From: Azolla caroliniana | Lineage: Eukaryota; Plantae; Polypodiophyta | Assembly: GCA_043228905.1 (NCBI GenBank) | Contig: JBHGNT010000014.1 | Span: forward strand, 5,952,001 to 6,016,000 | Direction: 5' to 3' | DNA: 64,000 bases | Shown here: positions 23,701 through 35,003 of the stretch, piece after piece | Layout: each line of letters opens with the position of its first letter | Numbering within the stretch: the first letter of the stretch is position 1 | Program-made: the position numbers and the translations under genes | The notes under the pieces: generated by a model | Told to the model about the DNA's origin: nothing | Databases searched by the model: none | Seen by the model: only the letters and a program-made list of their open reading frames with translations

Positions 23701-26146
23701 GTAAAGTACAATGCAATGGTACAGTTAACCGGTACAAGGCCCGGTTAGTGGCGAAGGGATATGCGCAGACCCATGGAATCGACTACGACGAGACCTTCGC
23801 TCTTGTAGCGAAGATGACGACTTTTCGTGTGGTACTGGCGGTTGATGCGGCAAGGGGGTGGCATCTTCATCAGATGGATGTGAAGAATGCCTTCCTTCAA
23901 GGAGATGTTGAAGAAGAAGTCTTTATGACTCAGCCCCCCAGATTTAAATCGGAGGTGAACAATTGAAGCAAGACCCCCGTGCTTGGAATGCTAAGATCAC
24001 GCACTGGTTGCGAAAGATGGGGTTTGTTGCCTCTAAGTCGGACTCTTCCCTGTTCATCCGTTAAGGCTCAAACGGTCCGGTATGTATCTTACTCTATGTT
24101 GATGATTTAGTCATCATCAGCCCAGGTCTTCTGGAAATCAACCGCGTCAAGTCCCAGTTGTTGGATGCATTCGATATGAAGGACTTGGTGGACCTTCATT
24201 ATTTTTTGGGGATCGAGGTGATCCGCACCCCCGATGGCATATTGCTTTCTCAATGCCATTATGTGTTGAATATACTGTACAAGTTCGGCATGATGGAATG
24301 TCGACCTGTCTCCACACCCTTGGACCGGAATCAGAAGATCCGTCCCAACTCCGGACCAGCCTGCGATGAGAAAAGGTTTCGACAAATAGTCAGAAGCCTG
24401 ATCTACTTGACCATCACCCGACCCGACATTAGCTATCCGGTCGGAGTGGTAAGCCAATTCATGCAGAAGCCGACCGTGGAGCACCTTCAGTGCGCGCAAC
24501 GAATGCTGAGGTATGTAAGCGGCACTAAGGACCGGGGGCTCTTATACCGGCAAGGTATAACCGAAGAGCTTGTTGGCTACACGGATGCCGACTGGGCTGG
24601 CGATGCAACGGATCGTCGCTCAACTTCCGACTTTATGTTTTCTCTTGGGAGCGCGGTTGTTGCGTGGAGTAGCAAAAAGCAGCCAACAGTGGCTCTATCT
24701 AGCACTGAGGTTGAATACCGGGGCGCGGCCATTGCCACCTGCAAAGCCATTTGGCTTCGGCGACTACTGCAAGACCTGTGGATCGAGGTACCAGCCCCGA
24801 TCTTGATCTACTGCGATAACCTCAGCAGCATGCAGCTCGCCAAGAACCCTGTGTTCCATGCTCGCACAAAGCACATAGAAGTGCATTATCACTTCATGCG
24901 TGAGCGGGTCCTGAGCGGTGAAGTTGAACTACTGTATGTTCACACAGATCGGCAAGTTGCCGACATCTTCACCAAGCCGCTCTAGTTAGACAAGTTGCAA
25001 CACTTTACTGAAATGCTTGGTGTTCAGCATCTCGACGTGCCGCACTTGAGGGGGAGACGCAAGGGCAAAGACACTACCGAAACGGGCAAAGGCAAAGAAA
25101 CTGTTGAACCCGTCAATAAGAGAAGAACCAGAAGATGGGGAGACAAGAAGAAAGAAAGAAGCCGAGTCAACACATCCGAACAAGTCAGAGCTAGCGGTTG
25201 TGGTGGCAGAGTCAAGAAGGACTGAGCCAACCGGAAGGAAGAAGAAGTGTGCACTCAGGAAGAGAAGTGCATGCTATGGGGAGGTCATCACGATCGTAAT
25301 GGCCATGATGCGGAGTCGAATGAAGAATTCGACTTCGGTGAACCAACTGAAGAAGCCAAGGGAAGCACAGAGAAGGCCAAGACCCGAACGTGGTCTGATG
25401 TGGTGAGAGGCCTGAAGCCGATCGAATCGGAGGATGCCGATTCAGACAAGAGCTGGAACGAGTCAGAGACAGCCTATTCGGATCAACAGACAGATCCGGA
25501 TGAGTCGGATCAACGAGAGGCCAAGGAGACACGGACGCAGCGGAAGTTGATGCCATCACGGTGGAACCGACGGATCAGCAAGCGCCGGAGTCATAGCAGC
25601 GAAGGAGCTGAGATGGGCCTATTGAGCAGACATGTCGAAGGTCAAGGCGCGCAGAACCAAAGGGGTCGCAGCAAACGGGACAGGACCGGACAAGGAGCAC
25701 GAGCAAGGCAAAGCAACGCCAGGAGAAGTCGGTTGGAAGAACCGGCTGCCACAGAGGTTGACACGAGCTTGAGGGGGAGTGTTGAGCGGCACGCTCAACC
25801 GGAGCCGGCTCGGTTGAATAAGCCTGAGCCGGTAAGCGAGATGAATCGGTATGCCGGTGAGCAACCGAGCCGGTAAGCAGTAAGGACCGGTGAGCTGGGG
25901 AGTCGGTATGCCGGATCCAATCCGTAACCGGAAGCCTAGTATAGGTTAGACTACTAGGCAATTATAGTCTCGTAGCTAGTGTCAGATGCTCGTGTGAGCA
26001 TTGAAGTACACTGTACTTCTAACAGTCCCGTGTGGACTTGTATAAATAGCGCTGATGAGCGCGTTGTAGATATAGAGCACAGAGTATTCATATAATTTTG
26101 AAATATAGTGTGTCTTGCTCTCTCTCTCTCTCTCTGTCTCTCCCGC

Positions 26147-26184
<38 letters not shown>

Positions 26185-26219
26185 GTTCTTTCTAATGCTT
26201 CCGCAAGCAATCTTTTACA
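20309..26219 (+). mobile_element. Full-length degenerate Ty1/copia element 'C'
   Basis: LTRs 20309-20754 and 25780-26219, TSD GTGTG, PBS TGGTATCAGAGC 20755-20766 and PPT 25771-25779. Gag-pol has several stops and frameshifts. Confidence 0.95.
20848..25060 (+). pseudogene. Copia C gag-pol pseudogene
   Basis: CWYCGENGHRESEC knuckle, WYVDSGASNHMT protease, integrase (HSDVWGP), RT ([10 protein letters not shown]), RNase H (YTDADWAG). Confidence 0.9.
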
Positions 26220-26399
26220 GTGTGTCTATAAGAGTGAGATTTTTTTCCTACCATGTAGTGGAGGTTTTTTCTCACACAATAACTTGTTATATTTTTAGTA
26301 TTTATATTCCTTCTTTGTGTATAGCCCACCATAAGGCGAAGGAGATTTTTTTCCTTTTTTATCTTAGGCTCACCATAAATGGTTCGCTCAACAAGTAAG

Positions 26400-27472
26400 G
26401 GGGAGGGCTAAATGTGAAAGTGTTTTTAGAATCAAGTCATTAAGCATGCAATCTATAAACAACTTGGCCTCTTTATAGTAGTATTCCAAAGAATACACAT
26501 CCGATATCGATTTTGAGCATTACAACTAGGAGGCACCAAGATCTTTCCAAACTTTTCCATCTTTGACCGTAATATTGGCCAAACCACTCAATATGTACAC
26601 TCGAACTCAACCCATACGGGACACTCTATATATCTTGGTATTCCACTAGTGGCCTACATAGAACAATATGAACCAAACTTTTCTCATAAAAAACTGGCAA
26701 TTTATTAAGTAATTTCTCTTTATACTCTTATGATACGAAAACAACCTCATAAAATCCACGAGGACCACCATAAACATCTTGAACACAATCAGCTTGTAAA
26801 ATTCCACGTAACCATTGTTTGACCCTCCAAAGGAAAGGTATCTTCCCCGTGAAAAAGAATATGACCCCTTTATCACAAAAATTAGCAAATGAGCCCAAAA
26901 ACTCCTTATTGTCTATTTTTACCTTAGCCATTTCATTGTCAACAAACTCTTTAGAAACTTTCACATTCTCCCTTACAATCTTCTATTAATATATTTTCCA
27001 TGCATCTTAAATGTTCCCAATGACTATCATCTTTCTCAATATCATCATGGCGCATTGCATCAACATAATACATGTCATTACTACTATCGCCAATACATTG
27101 TTTTCTTTTACCATCCCCTCTTGGGCTTGATACGGACTCAACCATGCATGCATCCTTTGAAGATTTTGGATACTCATCCATATTCATGAAAACACTACCA
27201 TCCATATGATAAGAAATAGAAGACAACACATTTACAAATAATTGTGTTGGAGAAGGAATCAAATCAAGTGATCATGAGATGCATGCAACCGAATGGAAAT
27301 TTTACTCGTAACAGTCTACCAAGATTACCAAATTATACGATGTGTAGATACTCTTTAGAAATCTCTCTTAGCAGGTTTCGAAACGAGCAAAAGGACAAAG
27401 GAAATGGATATAGTAGCAAGAAGATACATAAAAAATAGTGTTTGTCCTTCTCCAACATCTCCCAACTTTGTG

Positions 27473-27475
<3 letters not shown>
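26400..27475 (-). pseudogene. 5' region and ORF1 remnant (DUF4283-like) of an L1-type LINE
   Basis: Reads VIFFFTGKIPFLWRVKQWLRG...GPRGFYEVVF...LLNKLPVFYEKSLVHIV, a pattern resembling plant L1 ORF1. A second copy lies at 34598-34763, 40645-40719 and 54144-54710. Confidence 0.6.
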
Positions 27476-27511
<36 letters not shown>

Positions 27512-27774
27512 AAAGCTCTCTGTAAGTTCACTCCGGCCATCGTTTTCTACGTTCTATAGCTCGTTGGAAAGCTCTTTGAGAGAGCTTTCTAAAGAATGTT
27601 CATTTACTGAATTCCGTTACCGTAGCGAGAAGTTATGAGCATTTTCATCCGCAGCCATCTTTACCCCACGGTTCCTCAAACGGAAGGTAGATTTTGAAGC
27701 CCTAAATCGAGTGAAAGGTACATTCTCTCTCCTTCCCTCTCTGTCTCTCTTTTCCCGTAGGGTTTGTCCCTTCA

Positions 27775-28644
27775 ATGGCAAATACTCGTAAAACCGCCGC
27801 AAAGTTTGGGGGTATAATTGATAATGAGCCGAGATCACCAACAAATCTTGATTCTAATGCAATGGACAAAATGCTTATGAGTCACTTGATTTCTCTTCAA
27901 GAAACCATAAACAAGCAAGGTGAAGAGATTAGGACGTTAATGAAAGAGAATACTAAGCTCCAAAGTGTTGTCATTGAGAATGAAAGTCTTAAACAAGTGG
28001 TTGCAAAACTTCAAGAAGAGATTCAAGAATGTAAAAGAGCTTCTTTTGAAACAAATGAGCGCCTTAACAAGATTGAGTTAAAGGAAGCATTAAAAGAAGA
28101 AAAATTGGACACGATGAGGCGGGATGTAAGTGAGATGAAAAATGTATGTACAACGAAGTCATGGGCCGATGTATGTGGTGGGGATGTGCTATCAAACTCA
28201 TCTAATATGCATGTGATGCATCAAGAGAAGAATATCGAAAACATAGATGTCCGAGAATTGAAAGAACGTGAACGACGATCAAAGAACATTGTCATCCGTG
28301 GGATTAAAGAAGAGAGTATTGAAACACCCGCATCCCTTGGAAAGGCCATTGGTGAATTTTTTAGCATGCATTATGGGATGTCAGATGTGAATGTATATGG
28401 GGCACACCGAGTTGGGAAACATGGTGTTAGTCGCTCCGGAGAAAGGCCTATTGTATGCACAATGACAGATGATACAAAGCGGCGGATCATACTCGAAAAT
28501 AGTTGGGTATACCTCAAAGGTACACAATGCTTTGTGAGTGAAGATCGTACTATCTCACAACAAAATGCTCGTCGTAAAGCATATGAAGAAAGATTGAAAA
28601 ACAAGGTTAAGGATGTGCCTAAAGATGGAAATGTAGGCAAATAG
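27775..28644 (+). CDS. LINE ORF1 (coiled coil plus RRM-like RNA-binding domain)
   Basis: 289 aa with a heptad-rich N-half and the motifs RRSKNIVIRGIKEE, HRVG...RPIV and VSEDRT, typical of LINE ORF1 proteins. Confidence 0.85.
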   Translation: MANTRKTAAKFGGIIDNEPRSPTNLDSNAMDKMLMSHLISLQETINKQGEEIRTLMKENTKLQSVVIENESLKQVVAKLQEEIQECKRASFETNERLNKIELKEALKEEKLDTMRRDVSEMKNVCTTKSWADVCGGDVLSNSSNMHVMHQEKNIENIDVRELKERERRSKNIVIRGIKEESIETPASLGKAIGEFFSMHYGMSDVNVYGAHRVGKHGVSRSGERPIVCTMTDDTKRRIILENSWVYLKGTQCFVSEDRTISQQNARRKAYEERLKNKVKDVPKDGNVGK

Positions 28645-28650
28645 GGACAC

Positions 28651-31600
28651 GTGATCTATGAGACTAACCCACGCCTTTTACGACTATGCTTTTGGAATTG
28701 CAATGGATACCCATGGAATGCGGGATTTGGCATAGAGGAGTTCACCGATGACTCAGATATCACACTTCTTGTTGAGACATGGGAGCATGATCCTCAAAGG
28801 ATTCAAGGTTTAGGAAACTATAATGTACACTCTTTGATATGGAAGAAAAATCCAAGACAAAGAAGAGGACAAGGAGGGGTGGCATGTTTGATTAAGAAGG
28901 AAATAGAGAAATATGTGTCAATCATAAAAAATGATGAAAATAAATGCTACATATGGCTCAAAATAGAAACACCTAATGATTTGCCCACTTTTGTAGTTGG
29001 ATGTTACATCCCTCATCAAGATTCTAACTTTTATGCTTGTTTGGATAAAGATCAACCGTTTGCCAATCTAGAAGATGATATTGCTTATTTCAAATCCAAA
29101 GGGGAAGTTATTGTCTTTGGTGACATGAATGCTCGTACAAGAAGTTTCCAACTTGATTCACAAGAATCTTTCATGCCACATATCTCAAGGATGCAAGAGG
29201 ATATGCAAATGTATAACCGCTCTTCTAGCGATGAAAAAGATCCGGACCAATTTGGGAAGTTACTCCTACAAATGTGCAATAGTACCGGATTGCTTATTGC
29301 AAATGGTATTTCCTTATGGCCCAACACTAATGGTTTTACATGTAGAAAACACAATGGAAATAGTGTGATTGACTATGTGCTACTTTCCGAATGTATTTTG
29401 GATCGTATACATAAATTCTCACTTGGTAAATGGACACCGGAATCCGATCATAGGCCTTTATGTATCGATCTCAAATGTATGCATAGGTTTGATTGTGAGA
29501 AGTCTATTGAAGATAATAAACAACCGCACTTGAGCATGAACCTTAAGCGAGCACCCATGTATTCCAAGATGGTTGAGGATATGTTACAAATGACAAAGAT
29601 ACAACATGGTGCCACACTAGAATGCAAATGGGAAGCTTTCAAGAAAGTCATTCTCTCATGTACAAACAAATGTTTTTCGACCAATCGCACATCTTGGAAA
29701 TGCACCAAGAAACTTAGGAAAAAATGGTTTGATAAAGAATGTCATGAAGCTCGAAAGTGCCTTATGGTTTTGGATGTAGTTAAGGATAAAGAGAATTACC
29801 AAAATCATTTGCATGAGTATAAAAGGCTTATTCAAAGAAAGAGAAGAATATGGGAAGTTACTCAACAACTTATCCAAACGCAAGAGAAAGCACATGCATG
29901 TGCTAAATTTTGGGGAAATCTAAAGGGAAAACGTGTTGAGAGTTTTGGTGACTTAACTCTTCACGACTTGTCTATGCATTGTAAGAATTTATATGAGTTA
30001 TCTCTTGCCGGAAAGATGATGTGTTATGGTTCTCTTTCACATATGCCTCCCTTCTTTACAATTGAAGATATATGCATAGGACTTAAGAAATTGGCCTCTC
30101 GAAAGGCAAGCGATCTTCAATGTATAAAGGCTGAAATGCTCAAATGGACGGGAAAGGAAGCACATATATGGATAAGCGATATGTTTAATGATGCATTGCA
30201 ACATGGTATGCCGTACGATTGGACTACAAATTGGATCAAACCTTTACATAAAGGTGGAGATATAAATAATGTAAACAACTATCGAACCATCATGGTTGGC
30301 TCATTAATGGCAAAACTATTTGGATGTATAATGGAATCAAAGATAAGTGTATGGGCTGAAAAAAGTGGTAAGAGAGCTTATGGACAAGCTGGCTTTCGGA
30401 AACACCATAGCACCATTGATCACCTTATCACCCTTCGAGTATTAACAGAGGAAAGTCGCCTTAGAGGTAAAGGTTTATATTGTTGCTTTGTAGACTTCAA
30501 GAAAGCTTTTGATATGGTACCTCGTGAGCATCTTTGGAGGCGAATGGAAGAACTTGAGGTGCCAAGTGAATATATGCTTGCAATTTCCCGAATTTATGAG
30601 AAGGTTATATGTTGTGTGCGCATGAGAGATAAACTTTCAGATTTTTTCAAAAGCACTATTGGTGTTAAGCAAGGATGCCCACTCTCACCAACACTATTTG
30701 GTCTATGCATTGATGAATTGGAAGAAATGGTTACCAAGTTTGCAAAGGAAGAATGTGTTGAAGAAGTTGCCATTGGGAATGTTGTGATTATGCTTTTGCT
30801 ATATGCAGATGATGTAGTGCTTTTTGCAAATACTTTAGGAGATGCACAAAAGCTTATGAAGGCATTGGAAAAATTTTGCATGCATACTAAATTAAGTGTC
30901 AATAGCTCTAAAACAAAGATTATGCTTGTGAAGAGCCAAAAAAGAGATAAACCATGCATTATGTACAACAATGAGCCACTTGAATGTGTGGAAAGCTTCA
31001 AATATCTTGGCCTTGAAGTTCCTTCAAATCATAGATGGAATGAATGTGCTACACGCCGCTTAGAGGCGGGCAAGCGAGCATACTATGCATTTGAGAACAC
31101 ATGCAATCTTGGAGATATTAAGTGTTGGGTCCTCAAGAAATATCTTTTCGACACTTTGGTGACACCGGTTCTTCTCTATGGGGTGGAAGTATGAGGCGGT
31201 AGCATCCCTAAATCTATGTGGAAAGAGTTTGAAAATGTCCAAAAGCATTTTCTTACCAAGTTTCTACAAGTTAAGAAACAAACGCCCTACACCCTCCTCC
31301 TTGAGACGGGATCGCTTCCCATTGAGATCATGGCCATGGAAAGGGTTGTTGAATACATGCTTAAGGTTCAAAAAAGTCCCTCACATCGACTTCCTAGAAT
31401 TGCGTGGGAAGCAAGCAAAAAGATCCAAAAGACGCATAAAAGCAAAATTTTGTGTTCCGGTTGGATGCAAGATATAGAAAAATGGTTTGGTAGATGGGAT
31501 GCGAGACACTTGCTTCATGATGCATCATTAGATTCCTCTGTAAATGAGGCATTTTTGCAACGCCAATGTATCATGACATGGGACAAATGTGGAGGCTCAC

Positions 31601-32022
31601 GCTTCACACATTATACTACACATGTTGCACCTAACTACAAAACCATATTCTTCGCAGAACGGGGAAATCGTACACATCCATACATGTTAGAGCCCATACC
31701 GTTATCTTCCATTCGAACCATTGCTTCCATGCGACTTAGCTCACATGCATTGCGATGTGAAACAGGGCGTTGGGGTACAAGTGATGAGAGTGGTCGGTTA
31801 TGCGCACTTTGCCCTAAACAAGTTCGCGAGTCTGAGTATCACACTTTGATACAATGCTCTGCCTTTGATCATATTCGACCATGCTTTACACATCTCTTCG
31901 ATCGAGCCCAATCTTTGCATGAATTCCTCTCACAACCACAATGTGCACTCTCGATTGCAACATTCATTGGTAAAGTTCTTGAACATCGAGAGTCACTACT
32001 CACTTTCACACATATCACGTGA
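28651..32022 (+). pseudogene. LINE ORF2: APE endonuclease, reverse transcriptase and C-terminal Cys/His motif, with one premature stop
   Basis: EN motifs FWNCNG, LVETW, GDMNART, SVIDY, SDH. RT motifs QAGFR, DFKKAFD, GVKQGCPLSP, LLYADD, KYLG. C-terminus SSHALRCETGRW...CALC...EYHTLIQC. The single TGA at 31192-31194 is probably from TGG, and the frame continues after it. Confidence 0.92.
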
Positions 32023-32124
32023 AATGTAATATTTTTGGTCTCATAGGTCATATTTGACCTCCGAAGACGATAATATAATCTATCTATCTATCTATCTATC
32101 TATCTCTCACACACACACACACAC

Positions 32125-32595
32125 GTAACCCCCTTGGGAGGGGGGTGGCGCCATTCTCGGCCTCACTCTTCACCCAATAACACCGCCCATGTCCTGGTCT
32201 TGGCCTTCTTCTTTCGGTAGGCTCTATCCTTCTTGGCTCTACCGCCTCTGCCGCCTCCTCCAGCCCTTCCAGACATTTGGACTTCTTTAGTTGATTTGGC
32301 TTCTTCTGCAGCTCTCCTCTTGTCTTCATCGAGCTTTTTCTCTAACTCGTTACCGTTGTTCTCCTCTTTAGCTATCCCAAATGTTCCAGCTGTCCCGCTT
32401 GTTCTCCCCCTCAAGTGCGGCACGTCGAGATGTTGTAGTCCAAGCATCTATGAGAAGTATTGTAACATGTCCAGGCCAACTGCCTTGGTGAATATGTCGG
32501 CAACCTGCTGATCGGTAAAAACTGACCGGAGTTCGACTTCACCGCTCGCACATAAAGTGGTAATGTACTTCTATGTGCTTCATGTGAGCATGGAA
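32125..32595 (-). pseudogene. Copia pol 3' end fragment (duplicate of ~54760-55240)
   Basis: Reads LGLQHLDVPHLRGR...KAKTRTW and is near-identical to 54760-55240. Confidence 0.8.
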
Positions 32596-34168
32596 GGTAC
32601 CGGCCGGAAGGTCAACAAAAACACATGAAGAGATAATAGTTTACTATGGAGGTCTACATATCGGGGATAGGCACCCATATCAAGGTTGCATCGTCATCTA
32701 TCGAGCCTTCATTTGTGTCGAGTGCCCCAACTACGCGTTACGTGACATTTGCAAAGGCGTCATCAGCTTGTCTCTTTTCCTATCGTCTCACATCATAAGC
32801 ACTCTACACCCTATCGCGCCTTCCTAACATCATCGTTGTAAGCATGAGACTACGCTTAATAGCCATGCATTCCCCTTTATACCACTTTTTTCTTGTAAAA
32901 GACCGGGACTACATTCGGTAGCCGACCCCTTTCTCACTTTGTTTCCTTTTTGTATCTTAAATCACGATGTTAAGCTCTCTACAACATACACATACACCTC
33001 TTGTAAAATGCCTCCCCTCCTCTTTTTGTTAATATATCAGGCATATTCCTTATTTCCCTCCCTCTCTTACCTCCCCTTTTAATATTTCCCCTCTTTCTAC
33101 ATTTCATATCCTAACTCTCTCTTTTCTTCTTAACGCTCCTATACATACATTATACTCTAAACCCTAATTTTCCTTTTTATCTTCTATTCCTTTCTCATAC
33201 TTTTATCCATACCCCTTGCCTACTTTCTCATATTTCTTTCCCTACCCCTCCCAATTTGTTCCTAGACTTTTTAATTTCTAGCCCTTTTTATTCTCACCCC
33301 CTTTAACTTAATTTTTGTTTTTCTTGTTCCCCCTTTTCCTTTCCTTCTCTCTTCCTTCCTTAAGTTAGTTTTTTATTTTTTTATTTTAATTATCTTTCCC
33401 TTTTTCCCTTGCACCCGTATATATTTTTCTTATTATAATATACCCTTTCATTTTCATATTCCTTTTTCAATGTGCTACCCTCGGCCATGTTCTCATTTTT
33501 CTACCCTCATCCATGTATCACTTTTTTATTACCTTACCCCTCCTCATCCTTTCTCTAAATCCTTTGCCTCTTCTTTTGAAGCCCCTCCTTTTACTTTTTA
33601 CTCTTTCTCCACCTTTCTATTTTTATTTTTTCTACCCTAATCCAAGTTTTACTTTTTCTTACCCTACCCCTCCCTAATTCTATATCCTTCCTCTTGCCCC
33701 ACACCTCTCTCCTCTTTCTTATTTCTCTCTCTTACTTTTTCTAGTTTACACACATCTCTCTCCTCTCTCTCCTTTGTTTCTCTCTCTCTCTCTCTCTTAC
33801 TTTTATCATGTTTCCCCATCCTCTTTCCCTTTATGTATACTCTCTCTCTCTCTCCCCCCTTTTTTTCTTCCATTCTCATCATCTCACCTATTCCTTATTT
33901 TCCCTCTCTCTTAACTCCCTTCATTATATTTCCCCTCTCTTAACTCCCCTTCTAAATTTCATATCCTCACTCTCTCTCTTTTTTCTTTTTATTCCCCCTT
34001 TTACATTATAACCTCTTCCCTATACCAAAACCTTCCATTTATCACATTAAAGCCCATAAAATCCTTTCCCTTCTTATCCAAATCTTTCGCTTTTCAATCA
34101 TACCCATTAGCACACCACCACTCGCCACTCCTTATTTTCATTTTTCTAAAGCCTCTCCTAAACCTCCC

Positions 34169-34176
34169 TATATAAA
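34169..34176 (+). promoter_or_regulatory. TATA box upstream of the hammerhead
   Basis: CCCTATATAAA lies about 25 bp before the start of ribozyme stem I. Confidence 0.55.
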
Positions 34177-34193
34177 CACCATGAACCCCCAAA

Positions 34194-34247
34194 GGCCATT
34201 GAGCATTGATGAGCCCCATAGGGGGCGAAACTAGTTTGCTTGTGGCC
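34194..34247 (+). ncRNA. Type-I minimal hammerhead ribozyme (Penelope-type), with a probable C3>U change
   Basis: Stem I GGCCAT-T-GAGCA / TGCTT-GTGGCC, core TTGATGA (consensus CTGATGA), stem II GCCCC-ATAG-GGGGC, then GAAA, palindromic stem III A-CTAG-T and cleavage triplet GTT. Cleavage is predicted between 34236 and 34237. Confidence 0.8.
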
Positions 34248-35003
34248 ATTTCCATTTTCCCTATCTTATTGTAAACCCTTTCTTACTGAAAAATAGTTTT
34301 GCTATTAATCTCTCTCTCTCTTAAGCTTATAGGTATGTTTTAATATTTTCTAGTGTTTTAATCTTATGTAGAGTTTATTATAAGTGTTTGATTCATCATC
34401 TCCCTCTCCCCTCACCTTATCTCTTCTCATCCTCGCTTTCACCAAGTTATGTCTACGATTCAGGTGCGATCAAATTGTTCTTGGTGGTTTCGTTTCCCTC
34501 TCCCCTCCATAGCCACTCCTTTCCCCTCTCGGCCTATCTACAACCCACCGATGTCTTCACCGTTCTGCACTGCTTGTACCAGCCGGAAGGTCAACAAAAA
34601 CACCTGAACACAATTAGCTTGTAAAATCCCATGTAACCATTGTTTGACCCTCCAACGAAAAGGTATCTTCCCCGTGAAAAAGAATACGACTGCTTTATCA
34701 CAAAAATTAGCAAATGAGCCCAAAAACTCCTTATTGTCTATTTCTACCATAGCCACTTCATTGCATAGTTCCTAATATTCGCGTACGTCCAATTTACTGG
34801 ACGTACGCGAACGTTTTCAAACGTATGCGTATGATACGCATTCGTTTGGCTTCTTCTTTTTTTGGCTTTTTTGGCTCTTTTTAATTTTTATATTCATAAT
34901 TCTTTGTGAATAGAAGTGACGTCTGACACGCACACACACACTCTCTCTCTCTCTCACGAGAACTGACAGATCTTCTCTCTCTACAAAATCTAGATATCTA
35001 ATA

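Larger units (their letters stand above)
27508..32104 (+). mobile_element. Near-intact non-LTR retrotransposon (RTE-X-like LINE) inserted in a (CT)n tract
   Basis: 5' UTR, ORF1, ORF2, short 3' UTR and a (TATC)n tail at 32078-32104. The empty site (CT)n(CA)n is visible in the duplicate at ~54710-54760. Confidence 0.9.
32596..34608 (+). mobile_element. Candidate non-autonomous Penelope-like/retrozyme-like element (~1979-bp unit plus a short terminal direct repeat)
   Basis: Direct repeat GTACC(G/A)GCCGGAAGGTCAACAAAAACAC at 32597-32624 and 34576-34603, not derived from the flanks. There is no long ORF, the body is pyrimidine-rich, and a TATA box and hammerhead lie at 34169-34247. Confidence 0.6.

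Noticed and set aside
32690-32775. Minus-strand CTGATGA-CGCCTT...AAGGC as a second hammerhead
   Set aside because: There is no GAAA (it reads CGATA) and no credible stem III or cleavage triplet.
32640-32830. Short frame VIYRAFICVECPNY resembling a GIY-YIG endonuclease start
   Set aside because: Too short and weak, with no YIG/YVG motif. It cannot be supported without a profile search.
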